Assembly: GCA_964016885.1 (NCBI GenBank) | Contig: OZ024742.1 | Location: 117,738,001-117,802,000, forward strand | Length of the DNA: 64,000 nucleotides | Source of the DNA: Eledone cirrhosa | Lineage: Eukaryota | Direction of reading: 5' to 3' | Shown: positions 13,660-27,197 of the stretch, in pieces | Position numbering within the stretch: the stretch's first letter is position 1 | Layout: each line of letters starts with the position of its first letter | Translations under genes and position numbers: made by a program | The notes under the pieces: generated by a model | Told to the model about the DNA's origin: nothing | The model's database searches: none | The model's input: only the letters and a program-made list of their open reading frames with translations

Positions 13660-15420
13660 GCATTGATGATATAACCAAGATGGGAGTTGACTTAGATTTG
13701 AATGTCTGGTATCTGGATGATGCTTGTTGGGGGATGGGGGATGGGGGAGGGGGTCCTCCAGAAAATGTCCTTGCAATCACGAAGAGAATGATTGAAGAAC
13801 TGGGTCATTGGGGCCTTCATGTCAGTAGTTCCAAATATGAGCTCTGGCTCCTTAATCACCCAGCTTCACATCAGCAGAATGTTGACCTGTTTACAGAGTC
13901 CTTCCCCTCCATCACGGTTTCTCCCTCATCAGCGTGGTACTTACTTGAAGCCCGAATTATTGACCAAACCTTCACATCCATCTTTTGATCTAAGTTAGTT
14001 AATATCGACCAACTTTTAAAAACCTTAAAGCCATTGAGCCACACCAAAGTTTTTTTATACTTAGGAATTATTTGTCAATTCCTAAGTTGTTGTATTTCCT
14101 CAGAGATAGTCCCTTTTAAAAATTCTCGTCAACTCTCCAATACTTTGATGACCTAATATTCAGTGTGCTCAAGGGTCTGGTCAATGTCTGTCTCTCTCCA
14201 GAGTCCCACAACCAGTCTGCCTTGCCCAAACGGTTTGGAGGTTTTGGTCTGCATAAATGCTTATCTTTGTCCCTACCTTGCTTTCTTTCTTCCATCTATG
14301 CTTGCTCCTCTTCAGTAGATTAGTTCCACCAGGGAAATGGTGAAGCTTTGCTACAGTGGAGACAGTTGTGTTTTTCAGCTCCCAATACTGATAAGGATAG
14401 ACAGAAGCAGAGAGTATGAAACAATCTTCATTCGAGCAAAAGTTTTAATTCTCTCTTTGATCATTCTGATCAATTTTCTAGGTGTTGCTTACTTTCTGCA
14501 AGTGCTAAGTTCTCGGGGGACTGGATTGATCCCCTGTCTGTGGCCAGCATTGGTGGTCTTCTCAGTCAGGAAGAACTCCACATCTCCATTGCACTCCAAA
14601 TAGGAGCCGATGTCTGTGGGGGACTGAGATATTACGTGTGGTAGCTCCGTTGACTCCACAGGCCTACATGGTTTGTCCTGCTGCCTGAATGCTGGTTGTT
14701 TTGCCTGCCACACCAAGCTAAACCTGATCATTAAATGGCCCTAGCTCGGGTAAATATCCCCTCAGTTCTGGAGCCAGCTGGATTATCCAGAAGTGATAGA
14801 ATAATCCCTGGGTAAGAGGTAGGTGTCTCATCTGGGATGCCACAGTCAGTGACTATTTTGCTCCTTCCCACAACATAAATGCTGCTGTAAATGTGGGTGG
14901 GTGGGGGGTCACTGCTTCCGTTGCCGAATAAAATAAAATCTGAAAATACCGGGATCTATCTAATAATTATTTTTTCCAGCCTGTGACGTTTGAGACATTT
15001 GATGGAGTTGGGCCTCTGACAGTGAATTTCTTGTCATCACTGGTGGCTTGCCTTACTCAGGTGTAAGGTGATGCCCATGAGGGTGCCTGTTTGTTTCAGT
15101 ACCTTAGCCTCGTCACCATGGCAATGCTGCGAGCCTATTGGCTTGTTTTAAAATATTCTGTTGACCCTTGTGATGTGTGAGTGATTATCACACTTGGTGG
15201 TGAATTGATAGTCACTTTTGTTTTTGTTTCCCTTTTTTTTTTCTTTTCTCTCACTTTGGTCATATATTTTGGTGCATTGTATTTGTGGGGTTCCTAGCAA
15301 TAGTAGATTTTATTTGTTATGCATGTTTTTATTTTCATTCTAAAAGAATTGTGAGCAATTTGTAATGTTATTTAAAATAAAACGTTGAATAAAATATGAT
15401 AAAGAAGTAAAAAAAAGAAA
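13660..15420 (+). mobile_element. Degenerate CRE-clade non-LTR retrotransposon (RT C-terminal half, Zn knuckle, RLE)
   Basis: LNVWYLDD RT motif (ORF 13680). Downstream broken frames give GLHGLSC...H, LEPAGLSRSD, IPWVRGRCLIWDATVSD and KYRDLSNNYFFQPVTFETF. An A-rich end lies near 15410. Confidence 0.75.
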
Positions 15421-16118
15421 GGAACCCGTCTCAATTTACCAAAACCTCAGCAATGTTTTCGTCAATTAATATTTATTGTTAGGTGCAATCATTGCTATGT
15501 GGTGAAGAAGTTTGGTTTGCAACCACATTACTTGAATTTAATCCTACTGTATGATATATTCAGCTTTACACTGAACAATGCCTTGCAAATGAATTTGGTA
15601 GGCAGAAATTAAGAGGAAAGCCATCATATATGTGTGTGTATTGGTTTCTCTTCATGTGCCTTTATATCAACAGGTGGGTAAAGATGAATGATATGTGTCG
15701 TTCATAGAAAAACATAACAGGTGGTTAGCATTAAGAAGGACACCTGACTATAGAAAAACATTAAAAATCTCAGCCAACCCATGCCAACATGAAAAAGTGG
15801 ACATAAAATCAATGATGACAATGATGACGGTTTAATTAGTACTGTTTTATTTCATGATGTATGTCAGTACGAGCACATGCTTCCAACTATTCTATTTTAT
15901 TTTTGTCAAGTTCATGGTAAAATATTTTTGAGTTGCAGTCTTTTTCAAAGAATCATTGGATTCTTTGCACTTTGGTGATAATTTCTTGTTTCATGCCTTC
16001 TTTGATTTCAGGTATTTCTGTTTTTGTTTTGTTGTATTTTGATAGTATTTGTATCTTTTTTTCTTGACTGATTGAGGGAACAGCTTATATTGAACTCTAT
16101 TTCATTAATATTTTACAG

Positions 16119-16360
16119 CATTCTGGTAAACATCATTTCCTAGCTTCATGGATTGATAATAAGAAATCTCTTCAAATGGGTCTAATGAAAACCTACAGTC
16201 AAAATTGGCAGAAACTGTGGGCACAGGAAATAATGGTTCTTGGAATGTTACGAAAGGTGAAACACCCAAATTTATTACAGTGTCTTTGGACAAGCAACGC
16301 TAATCCTTATTATGAAATTGTTTCTTTGCTCAGTCAAGATACAGTTTCTAGTGATTCAAG
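16119..16360 (+). CDS. Coding exon 2 of the 7TM-pseudokinase gene (kinase subdomains I-IV)
   Basis: Acceptor TTTTACAG at 16118, phase 0. Encodes HSGKHHFLASW...GLMKTYSQNWQKLWAQEIMVLGMLRKVKHPNLLQCLW (beta3 Lys, alphaC Glu, HPN loop). Donor AAG|GTAT at 16360, phase 2. Confidence 0.85.
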
Positions 16361-16489
16361 GTATTATTATTATTTTTTTTTAATTGAAACTTCCTTTGAA
16401 TTCTGCTTCTTTCCCAAATCATGCCGAGTGTCAGCCTGACACCTGGGAAAAATTATTATTGTTTAGCTTTTTATAGAGGTTTAGCGATT

Positions 16490-17330
16490 GGTAAAAATGA
16501 CAACATTCTTGAGGAGACTCTAGGGGTCAATGAAAATCAAACAGCCACTTTTCCAGAGGATTTTCAGTCCAAGGCCCATGGATAACTTTCAGAAATCCCT
16601 GGCATGGCAGCGCTACTGAGGAGCTTTGCCAGTTCAAGATACCCTCTACAGGCCTAGAAATGCCATTAGTTGGGCCTGTCAGAGATGTGCATAGGGCAAT
16701 GAAACTGTTCTGCACACACTCATTGAGTGTCCAAGTATTGCTGACCTGTGAGGTATATGTTGAACACCTGCTATTACATGTGGGGCAGATCCGACTATCA
16801 ACTGAATCCATCATGAAGATATCCCTGCCATCTTCCTTTACAGGGGAAGAACAGGCACTTTTTACCTTCCTGGTGGCCATGGTGAAAGAGATTGTGTGGT
16901 TGTGCACCTGAAATGTTTGAAGACAAGCACTTTCCTCTTTGGCAAAGCCCTAATTTATATTTTCAGGGTGGAGAGGGAAATACTGCCTTCCAACCAGTTT
17001 GTTGAAAGGTGGGTGAGAGAAGTGAACATGGTCTGAGTGAATGAGTTTGCTTTGAGTATGCATCTGTAAATTGGAAGAGAACATCTGAGAGACAGCACTT
17101 GCCCTAGCAGTGAAGGTTACCATATCTTTTTGTGGGATTTCTCCATGAGTGACCCTCAGAGATATTCCCAGTTTTGCGGAATTTGTTATGTTTTAGTTTT
17201 AAATATTTATTGTTTAGTCTTCTTAATAAAACTTTCTCTCTCATAAAAACCCATACTGTACACTCCTGTACCCTCTTTAAGTAAACCCTGTGTGGCTAAT
17301 AAAGAAACCATTATTATTATTATTATTATT
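16490..17330 (+). mobile_element. Tx1-like LINE 3' fragment, degenerate
   Basis: ORF 16660 (...YVEHLLLHVGQIRLSTESIMKI...EQALFTFLVAMVKEIVW) matches the Tx1 C-terminus at 47125-47445. It ends in the family tail TGTGGCTAATAAAGAAA. Confidence 0.75.
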
Positions 17331-17571
17331 ATTCGTAACGCTTTTGCTCTGACAGATGTTATACCGACACTATACCAAAAGAGTGAGCCATAACAAATGG
17401 TCAATTTTCTAACACTCTCCTTAGAATGTTTGCTGATCCTAACAAGGTTGTTTTCTGCAACAAGCTCTTTACATTCTGAGTTCAAATACTGGTGCCAATA
17501 TAATTGACTTTCTCCTCCCCACAAATTTTAGGCCTTGTGCCTAGGTTAGAAAGCATTATTGTTGTTGTTTT

Positions 17572-17767
17572 GGAGCAGTGGATTGGCAGTATCGGTAGAG
17601 GGTCAGACGCCAGGCTTTGCAGCAAAGTGTTATGGCCCTTTATGGTCTGAGTTCAAATCCCGCCGAGGTTAACTTTGCCTTTCATCCTTACGGGGTCGAT
17701 AAAATAAAGCACCAGTAATACACTGGATTAATTGCTGGCCTTGTGCCAAAAGTAGAAACAATTATTG
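17572..17767 (+). mobile_element. tRNA-derived SINE (family A)
   Basis: Full-length, consensus-like copy. Confidence 0.85.
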
Positions 17768-18164
17768 TTGTTGTTTTCTTCATTTTACTCAGCATTTCAC
17801 TGATCTGCTATTATTTGGATTGGCCTTGGGCCTAAATCAGAAACCATTATTCGGATTGTTAAATATCAAACTATCTCATGCAGCCGTAGGCATCATTTGT
17901 ATGGTTCCTGCTGTGCCAAACATACAAGCATAACTAGCCAAAACTATAAATCTGACAGACACAGAACCAGGAAATATTTAAGAGACATCTCAAAGGCTTG
18001 AAATTTTCATTGGGTTTTATAACTGGTTGTCTTGTGATCAAAACTTTCTAGAACATTTGAAAATAAAGACAGGGCTGAGCATAAAATGTTGACATGTTAG
18101 TTGACAGGTTAAGGTAGCCAAGGAATGGTGACAATCTAGGGTAAAAATATATGATTCATAGACA

Positions 18165-21100
18165 TAGTGTGTTGTATATGTTGGTAGTGAGTTGTATATA
18201 GTTGTAGTATTATATATGTTGGTAGTGTGTTATATATAGTGGTAGTGTGTTATATATGTTGGTAGTGTGTTGTATATAGTGGTAGTGTGTTATATATAGT
18301 GGTAGTGTGTTATATATAGTGGTAGTGTGTTATATATAGTGGTAGTGCGTAGTATATATGTTGATAGTGTGTTCTATAGAGTGGTAGTATTATATATGTT
18401 GGTAGTGTGTTATATATAGTGGTATTCTGTTATATATAGTGGTATTGTGTTGTATATGTTGGTAGTGTGTTGTATATAGTGGTAGTGTGTTATATATGGT
18501 GGTAGTGTGTTATATATAGTGGTAGTGTTTTATATATAGTGGTAGTGTCTTATGTATAGTGGTAGTGTGTAGTATATAGTGGTAGTGTGTTATATATAGT
18601 GGTAGTGTGTTATATATAGTGGTAGTGTGTTATATATAGTGGTAGTGTGTTATATATAGTGGTAGTGGTTATATATAGTGGTAGTATGTTGTATATAGTA
18701 GCAGTGTGTAGTATATATAGTGGTAGTGAGTTGTATATAGTGGTAGTGTGTAGTATATAGTGGTAGTGTTTTGTATATAGTGGTAGTGTGTTGTATATAG
18801 TTGTAGTATGTTGTATATAGTGGTAATGTGTATTATATAGTAGTAATGTATTATATATAGTGGTAGTGTGTTGTATATAGTGGTAGTGTGTTATATATAG
18901 TGGTAGTGTGTTGTATATAGTGGTAGTGTGTTATATATAGTGGTAGTGTGTTATATATAGTGGTAGTGTGTTATATATAGTGGTAGTATGTTGTATATAG
19001 TGGTAGTATGTAGTATATAGTGGTAGTGTGTAGTATATAGTGGTAGTGTGTTGTATATAGTGGTAGTGTGTTGTATATAGTGGTAGTGTGTTGTATATAG
19101 TGGTAATGTGTTATATATAGTGGTAGTGTGTTATATATAGTGGTAGTGTGTTATATATAGTTGTAGTGTGTTATATATAGTTGTAGTGTGTTATATATAG
19201 TTGTAGTGTGTTATATATAGTGGTAGTGTGTTATATATAGTGGTAGTGTGTTATATATAGTGGTAGTATGTAGTATATAGTGGTAGTGTGTAGTATATAG
19301 TGATAGTGTGTTGTATATAGTGGTAGTGTGTTGTATATAGTGGTAGTGTGTTGTATATAGTGGTAGTGTGTTATATATAGTGGTAGTGTATTATATATGG
19401 TGGTAGTGTGTTATATATAGTGTTAGTGTGTTATATATAGTGGTAGTGTGTTATATATAGTGGTGGTGTATTATATATGGTGGTAGTGTGTTGTATATAG
19501 TGGTAGTGTGTTGTATATAGTGGTAGTGCATTATATATAGTGGCAGTGTGTTGTATATAGTGGTAGTGTGTTATATGTAGTAGTAGTGTGTTATATATAG
19601 TGGTAGTGTGTTATATATAGTGGTAGTGTGTTATATATATAGTGGTAGTGTGTTATATATAGTGGTAGTATGTTGTATATAGTGGTAGTGTGTAGTATAT
19701 AGTGGTAGTGTGTAGTATATAGTGGTAGTGTGTTGTATATAGTGGTAGTGTGTTGCATATAGTGGTAGTGTGTTATATATAGTGGTAGTGTGTTATATAT
19801 AGTGGTAGTGTGTAGTATATAGTGGTAGTGTGTTATATATAGTGGTAGTGTGTTATATATAGTGGTAATGGGTTATATATAGTGGTAGTGTGTTGAATAT
19901 AGTGGTAGTGTGTTATATATAGTGGTAGTGTGTTATATATAGTGGTAGTGTGTTATATATAGTGGTAGTGGTTATATATAGTGGTAGTATGTTGTATATA
20001 GTAGCAGTGTGTTATATATAGTGGTAGTGTGTTGTATATAGTGGTAGTGTGTAGTATATAGTGGTAGTGTTTTGTATATAGTGGTAGTGTATTGTATATA
20101 GTTGTAGTATGTTATATAGTTGTAGTGTGTTGTATATAGTGGTAGTGTGTTGTATATAGTGGTAGTGTGTTGTATATAGTGGTAGTGTGTTATATATAGT
20201 GGTAGTGTGTTATATATAGTTGTAGTGTGTTGTATATAGTGGTAATGTGTATTATATAGTAGTAATGTATTATATATAGTGGTAGTGTGTTGTATATAGT
20301 GGTAGTGTGTTGTATATAGTTGTAGTATGTTGTATATAGTGGTAATGTGTATTATATAGTAGTAATGTATTATATATAGTGGTAGTGTGTTGTATATAGT
20401 GGTAGTGTGTTATATATAGTGGTAGTGTGTTATATATAGTGGTAGTGCATTATATATAGTGGCAGTGTGTTGTATATAGTGGTAGTGTGTTATATATAGT
20501 GGCAGTGTGTTGTATATAGTGGTAGTGTGTTATATAGTTGTAGTGTGTTGTATATAGTGGTAGTGTGTTATATATAGTGGTAGTGTGTTGTATATAGTGG
20601 TAGTGTGTTATATATAGTGGTAGTGTATTATATATGGTGGTAGTGTGTTATATATAGTGTTAGTGTGTTATATATAGTGGTAGTGCATTATATATAGTGG
20701 CAGTGTGTTGTATATAGTGGTAGTGTGTTATATGTAGTGGTAGTGTGTTATATATAGTGGTAGTGTGTTATATATAGTGGTAGTGTGTTATATATAGTGG
20801 TAGTATGTTGTATATAGTGGTAGTATGTAGTATATAGTGGTAGTGTGTAGTATATAGTGGTAGTGTGTTGTATATAGTGGTAGTGTGTTGTATATAGTGG
20901 TAGTGTGTTATATATAGTGGTAGTGTGTTATATATAGTTGTAGTGTGTTATATATAGTTGTAGTGTGTTATATATAGTGGTAGTGTGTTGTATATAGTGG
21001 AAGTGTGTTATATATAGTGGCAGTGTGTTGTATATAGTGGTAGTGTGTTGTATATGTTGGTAGTGTGTTATATGTAGTGGTATTGTGTTATATATAGTGG

Positions 21101-21582
21101 TAGTGTGTTATATAGTTGTAGTGTGTTATATATAGTGGTAGTGTGTTATATATAGTGGTAGTGTGTTATATATAGTGGTAGTGTGTTATATATAGTGGTA
21201 GTATGTAGTATATAGTGGTAGTGTGTAGTATATGGTGGTAGTGTGTTATATATAGTTGTAGTGTGTAGTATATAGTGGTAGTGTGTTATATATAGTGGTA
21301 GTGTGTAGTATATAGTAGTAATGTGTTGTATATAGTGGTAGTGTGTTATATATAGTGGTAGTGTGTTATATATAGTGGTCGTGTGTTGTATATAGTGGTA
21401 GTGTATTATATATAGTGGTAGTGTGTTATATATAATGGTAGTGTGTAGTATATAGTAGTAATGTTTTGTATATAGTGGTAGTGTGTTGTATATAGTAGTA
21501 ATGTGTTATATATAGTGGTAGTGTGTAGTATATAGTAGTAATGTGTTGTATATAGTGGTAGTGTGTTGTATATAGTAGTAAT
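18165..21582. repeat. 3.4-kb minisatellite with a 20-bp unit (AGTGGTAGTGTGTTATATAT), in intron 2
   Basis: Roughly 170 tandem units are visible directly, with recurring variant blocks. Confidence 0.98.
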
Positions 21583-22974
21583 CATCATCATCATCATCAT
21601 CATAATCGTTTAACGTCAATCTTCCACGCTTGCATGGGTTTGGACGGGAATTTTCCCACTTGAGGTAAGATTGGTTGTCTTGCTCGTAAAGGACTGTCTG
21701 GCAGGTTTTCTATGACTGGATGCCGTTCCTAACACCAACCACATTTACAGTGTGGACTGGGAGGTTTTTACCGTGTTACCTACACGGCCACATTACAGCG
21801 TGGACTGTGTTTTTTGTCATGACAGCTACACAACCTCATTTGTTTCGAACTGGATGTTGTGGTACCAACATAACTTTACATTGAAAGGGTGGTGTGGATG
21901 GGGTGGGGGTAGTGGGACAGGGGTGTATTTTTGTTAGAGGTGCCTACTGACTGTAGGTTTCGCTTTGTACTTAGGCAAGGCGGGTCTTCTGTATTACTGT
22001 GTAGTGCTAAAGATGTCGGTCCAGTGACATTGTCTTGGAGAGGTGTAAGTGTGTGAGGTCGGAATTTATCAAGTCGTCCCAGGTTTTTCTGGGTCTGCCT
22101 ACTCCGTGGCTACCGTCGATTTTTATCGCCCTGCACTTTTTTATACAACTGTCATCTTTCATGCACATCACGTGACCGTACCAACGTAGTCTTCTCTCGA
22201 GTAAACAACATCTCATCCCGCTTATTCCTAATTTCTCTCTTAGTTCGTTTATGCTTTGCCGTTCACGTATATTACTATTTCATATCCAGCGGAGCATGCA
22301 AGCTTCGTTCCTCTCCAGTCTCCATATATCCTCTGCACACAGTGCCCAAGTCTCACTGCCATGTAACATTGCTGTTCGTATGCAGGCATCATACAGCCTG
22401 CCTTTCATTTTTAGAGAGAACCCTTTAGCGGTCAATAGTGGTATAAGCTCTCTGAACTTTTTCCATAACATTTTGACTCTAGCTACTGTACTTTCAGAGC
22501 ACCCTCCACCACTGCTGATTTTGTCACCCAGGTAACGGAAGGTGTCCACTATTTGTATAGAACCATCTGTGCAATGGAATGAGCTAGTATTCCACAGGTG
22601 TCCACTATTTCTATAGAACCATCTGTGCAATGGAATGAGCTAGTATTCCACAGGTGCAATAAGCAGCACTTGCTGCTACTTATTGCACCTGAGCACCGGC
22701 AACATATAAAATCTATATTCTTAGTTAGCTTACCTGTGATCCCATTACATCTTTTATGCACCCATACTTTGCCTTTGGGACATAAAATGGAGTTTCTGCC
22801 TACTCCTTTTCTATACACTGAGCATGGCCATTTCCCAGATGGGACCGGTGCCCTATTTTCCTTCCTACAAACTAGTACTTTAGTCTTAGACAGGTTAATT
22901 TTAAGGCCTTTTGATTCTAGGCCTTGCTTCCATGTTTGGAATTTCTTCTCTAGTTCAGCCATTGATTCAGCTAT
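21583..22974 (-). mobile_element. 5'-truncated RTE-clade LINE
   Basis: ORFs 22549-23094, 22280-22630 and 22007-22216 give GLKINLSKTKVL, a PHD-like Cys cluster, FRYLGDKI, MLHGSETW and RRLRWYGHV...GRPRKTW. (ATG)n tail; ~56-bp tandem duplication near 22541-22656. Confidence 0.92.
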
Positions 22975-23592
22975 GTCACGTTCACGTGTTTTTGAGTGGT
23001 GCAAGAGGTTTAAAGAAGGACGCGAGGACGTGGAAGATGACCCCAAGAGCAGAAGGCCCTCAACAACCAGGACTGAGGTCAACATTGAGCGCATCAGGCA
23101 GATGGTGCATAGCGATCGTCGGCTGACTGTTCAACTGATGGAAAATGAGCTGGGCATGAATCAGGACAGCGTCTGGAAGATTCTCACTGAATATTTGGAC
23201 ATGCAGAAAGTCTGCGCGAAGATGGTGCCAAAACTGCTGAACGATGACCAGAAGGGTCGACGCATACAAGTGTGCCAGGACATCCTCAAGCATCTTAAAA
23301 CCGAACCAGACTTGCTAGGGACAGTCATCACCGGTGGTGAGTCATGGATCTTCGAGTACAACCCGGAGGGGACACGTTTTGAAGACATGGACGGCATCAA
23401 AAAGGCCGTGACGACGGAACTGCGGAAGATCCCGGAAGGATCCTTCCAGGAGTGCATGCAAGCATGGCAGAAAAGGATGGAAAAGTGCATTATACTCCAG
23501 GGGTTTACTTTGAAGGAGAAAACTCTTGTGTGAAGTTTGGGTTTGAAATAGATCCTTTGTGACATCAGTCCTGGAACTTTTCTGACTCATCT
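22964..23592 (+). mobile_element. Mariner transposase remnant (internally deleted, left end missing) with a right TIR-like end
   Basis: DSAMSRSRVFEWCKRFKEGREDVEDDPKSRRPST...KVCAKMVPKLL...VITGGESWIFEYNPE jumps straight to GTRFEDMDGIKKAV...WQKRMEKCI, so the central catalytic segment is deleted. Confidence 0.9.
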
Positions 23593-23596
23593 CATG

Positions 23597-25165
23597 ATCA
23601 TCACCGTTTTATGTCCGTTGTTCCATGCTAGCATGGGTTAGACGGGTTGTCCTGTTGTGGGCAGTGTCTGGTCGGCTGACCATGCTTTGCTCATACAGGA
23701 ACTGATTTTGGCTTGATTTCTACAGCTGGATGCCCTTCCTAACACCAACCTCATTTACAGTGAGTGCTGGGTGCTTTTTTCTGTGGTGCCTACACGTCCA
23801 CTTTACAGTGTGGGTGCTTTTTTGCCGTGGCACCTCCATGACCACTTTGCAGTGGGAGGGTGTGGGGGCATATTCTCTATATGCTTCAGCTTCGGCTTGT
23901 ACCCATGGGAGGTCGGGTACTCTGTATTACTGCGTGACGCCAGAGGTCACGGTCATGTGTCATCGCCTTTGAGGGGTGTAATTGGGTAAGGTCGGCTTTT
24001 ATCACCTCATCCCAGGTCTTCTTGGGTCTCCCCACTCCGCGGTTTCCATTGACTTCTAGTGCTCTACACCTTTTTATGCAGCTGTCATCCTTCATACGCA
24101 TCACATGTCCATACCAACGCAACCGCCTCTCCTGCACACAGCATTTGATTCCTTTATGCTCAGTCTCTCTCTCAATTCATTTATGCTTTGCCGTTCACGT
24201 ATATTACTATTACACATCCATCGGAGCATGCAGGCTTTGTTTCTTTCTAATCTATGTAAGTCTTCCACCTTCAGCGCCAGGTCTGACCTACACCTTTCCT
24301 ACATACTGAGCAAGGCCATTTCCCTGAGGGGATCTGGGTTCTGTTTTCTCATCTACTTACAAGGACCTTAGTCTTTGTCAGGTTGACTTTGAGACCCTTT
24401 CTTTCTAGTCCCTGTTTCCAAGTTTGGAATTTCTTCTCTAGTTCTACCATAGATTCAGCTATAAGTGCGAGGTCATCAGCATACAGGAGTTCCCATGGGC
24501 ATCCGGTCTTAAACTCCTCCGTTATTGCCTGCAGGACTATGATGAACAGGAGAGGGCTAAGAACAGAGGTCTGTTGGACACCGACCTGTACGCTAAATTC
24601 TTTGCTATACTCATTGCTAATCCTAACTTTGCTGACTGCTCCCCTATACATGGCTTGTACAGCTTTCACAAGCCATTCATCTACTCCTAGTTTTCTAAGA
24701 GCCCACCAGATTACAGCAAGTGGAACTCTGTCAAAGGCTTTCTCGAGATCGACGAATGCCAGGTAGAGTGGCTTACTTTTAGCTAGGTACTTTTCCTGTA
24801 ACTGCCTCACAAGGAAGAGGGCATCAGTGGTGCCTCTTTCTGGTACAAACTCAAATTGCATCTCATCTAGTTTCACCCGGTCCCTAATCAACTGTGCTAT
24901 AACTCTTTCTGTTACTTTCATGACCTGGTCCATCAGCTTTATACCTCTATAGTTTCCTCTATCTAGTGGATCACCTTTACCTTTGAAGCAGTTGACAATG
25001 ATGCTACTGCACTAATCTTTGGTATGACACCTTCTAGTATTACCTGGTTAACAATACGTGTGGTTATAGTGTGACCTACAGACCCAGATGCCTTCAGCAT
25101 CTTGGCAGCTATACCCAATGGACCGGTTGCCTTCCCCATCTTCATATCTTTGATGATTGCCTTAA
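23597..25165 (-). mobile_element. Second RTE-clade LINE fragment, internally deleted
   Basis: ORF 24349-24933 has RT motifs (AFVDLEKAFDRVP, GVQQTSVLSPLLF, LLYADDL). ORF 23886-24137 has RRLRWYGHVMRM. A 3' UTR and (ATG)n tail follow. Confidence 0.92.
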
Positions 25166-25349
25166 GCTATACCCGATGGCTCGTATAAATATATATATAT
25201 ATATACATATATCATTATGATCATCATCATTTAATGTCCGCTTTCCCTGTTGGATGGATCAGCAAAATTATATTATATATATATTGAATTAAAATATTTA
25301 TTGTATTTGCAAAACTGAAATATATTCAAAAGTGATTATTTTGTTTTAG

Positions 25350-25545
25350 GATAATCTGTATGGAATTTCCTGAATATGGATGTCTGCGAGAATATCTTAA
25401 GAATATGGAGACCCCATTGTCTGCAGCCACACAATGTATGATTATAAGGGATGTATCACAAGGTTTGAAACAGCTACACCAATTAGATATCCTCCACAAG
25501 CATCTCTCCTCCATCAGAGTGTACCTTAGATGCAACAATGGAAAT
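25350..25545 (+). CDS. Coding exon 3 of the 7TM-pseudokinase gene (subdomains V-VIb)
   Basis: Acceptor TTGTTTTAG at 25349; the first base completes the phase-2 Arg codon. Encodes IICMEFPEYGCLREYL...IRDVSQGLKQLHQLDILHKHLSSIRVYL. Donor AAT|GTAAGA at 25545, phase 0. Confidence 0.88.
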
Positions 25546-25796
25546 GTAAGACATACATTACTTTACAAATAATTCATTGCAAATAAATAACAATAAATTA
25601 GTTTTAAGTTTGTCAGAGATTGATCCAAGATTACAGAAATGGCTATATGGTAGGTTTGTTTATTATCATGTGGTTCTGAGTTTGATACCACTGTGCAATA
25701 CCCTGTTCAAGTGTCTTTTGGCTACTCAATATATTGCCAAAGCTACAAATGCTTTCGGCAAGCTCCATCATATATGATCATTGAATCTTAGTTGTC

Positions 25797-25989
25797 ATAA
25801 TTGTTTCTACGTTAGGCACAAGGCCAGCAATTATCCAGTGTATTACTGGTACTTTATTTTATCAACCCCGTAAGGATGAAAGGCAAAGTTAACCTTGGCG
25901 GGATTTGAACTCAGAATGGCAAGGGCTGTAACTCTATACGTCAAAGCATGGCATCCGACCCTCTACCAATACTGCCAATCCACCGCCCT
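25797..25989 (-). mobile_element. tRNA-derived SINE (family A)
   Basis: Reverse complement of the family A consensus. Confidence 0.85.
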
Positions 25990-26150
25990 CCTAGTTGTCA
26001 TAATGTGATTTAAATTTAGTTATGTTTTTCATTAACATTTTTTTAATATTAGTTTTAGAATATTAAATTTTATATCCTGATTGTGACTTCAATTCCAAAA
26101 TGAATATAACCATGTATATCCAATGGCAGCAAATTGTTAAGGTCATTAGA

Positions 26151-26425
26151 ATCATCATCATCATCATCATCATCACCGTTTTACATCCATCTTCCACTCT
26201 AGCATGGGTTAGATGGGTTGTCCTATTGTGGGTTGTCTTGCTCATATGGGAACTGATTCTGGCTTGATTTCTACAGCTGGATGCCCTTCCTAACCCCAAC
26301 CTCATTTACAGTGAGTGCTGGGTGTTTGTTTTGTTTTTTTTTCCTTTGGCTCTTACACGTCCACTTTACAGTGTGGGCTGGGTGCTTTTTTTGCCATGGT
26401 ACCTCCACAACCACTTTGCAGTGGA
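26151..26425 (-). mobile_element. RTE 3' UTR fragment
   Basis: Matches 23597-23855 and has an (ATG)n tail. Confidence 0.8.
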
Positions 26426-26444
26426 ATGATAGGGATCCCAGTCA

Positions 26445-26580
26445 TATCATCTAATTTCTACAGCTGAGTAAACTGGAGCAATCTGAAATAAAGTGTCTTG
26501 CTCAAGGAAACAACACATCACCCAGTCCAAGGATTGAACTCACAACCTTTCAATTGCAAGCCCAATGCTCTAACCACTAA
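26445..26580 (-). mobile_element. tRNA-headed SINE of a second family
   Basis: The minus strand reads TTAGTGGTTAGAGCATTGG...GAGTTCAATCCTTGG...CCTTGAGCAAGACACTTTATTT (A box, B box, CORE-like segment). Confidence 0.6.
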
Positions 26581-27197
26581 ATAGGACAAAACGCTTTGTG
26601 GTATTAGTTCCAGCTTTCAGTGTTCTTAGTTGAAATCCCACTAAGGTCAACTTTACTTCTTTGAGGTGGTGTGGGGGATAAAATAAAAAAAACAATCTAA
26701 TGGTGTGGACTGGTAGAATTGTTAGAGCACCAGATAAAATACTTTGTGGTATCTATTCTGAATTTAAATCCTGTTGTAGCCTACTGAAGTGGTAGACATA
26801 ATCCATCACCTGGTTCAATGCCTCTACCTAACCCTTAGTTGCTTTTAGCAGAACCCACTTTGTTGCAAGCATTTGAGGCTGGTCATTAGTTTGAGGATAT
26901 CTTCCTCTCTCTTTCCCACCAGTTTTGGTGACCCTGAAAATGTTGTATATTAATGGCACTAATCTAATCCAGGCCTTACCTGGATCCCTTATTCCTGGAT
27001 GAGGGCTTCCCTTAAGATAACATAGACATTGCTATGCTTCTTCACACTTATAAATAAAGAGTACAGTGGCATGCTTATTTTTCACATAAATGCCATCCTA
27101 TTTTATACAAAGAGATTAAGAATTGCTGTGTATAGACATAGTAGCCATAACTACGTGATGATGATAGATAAATATTCTATTATTTTTCTCATTTCAG

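Noticed and set aside
18165-21582. Regular short repeats resembling a CRISPR array
   Set aside because: The units are head-to-tail with no unique spacers, there are no cas genes, and the context is a eukaryotic intron.
22598-23533. 311-aa ORF as a SETMAR-like domesticated fusion
   Set aside because: The N-terminal part is antisense RTE sequence and the transposase lacks its catalytic centre. It is a chance read-through.
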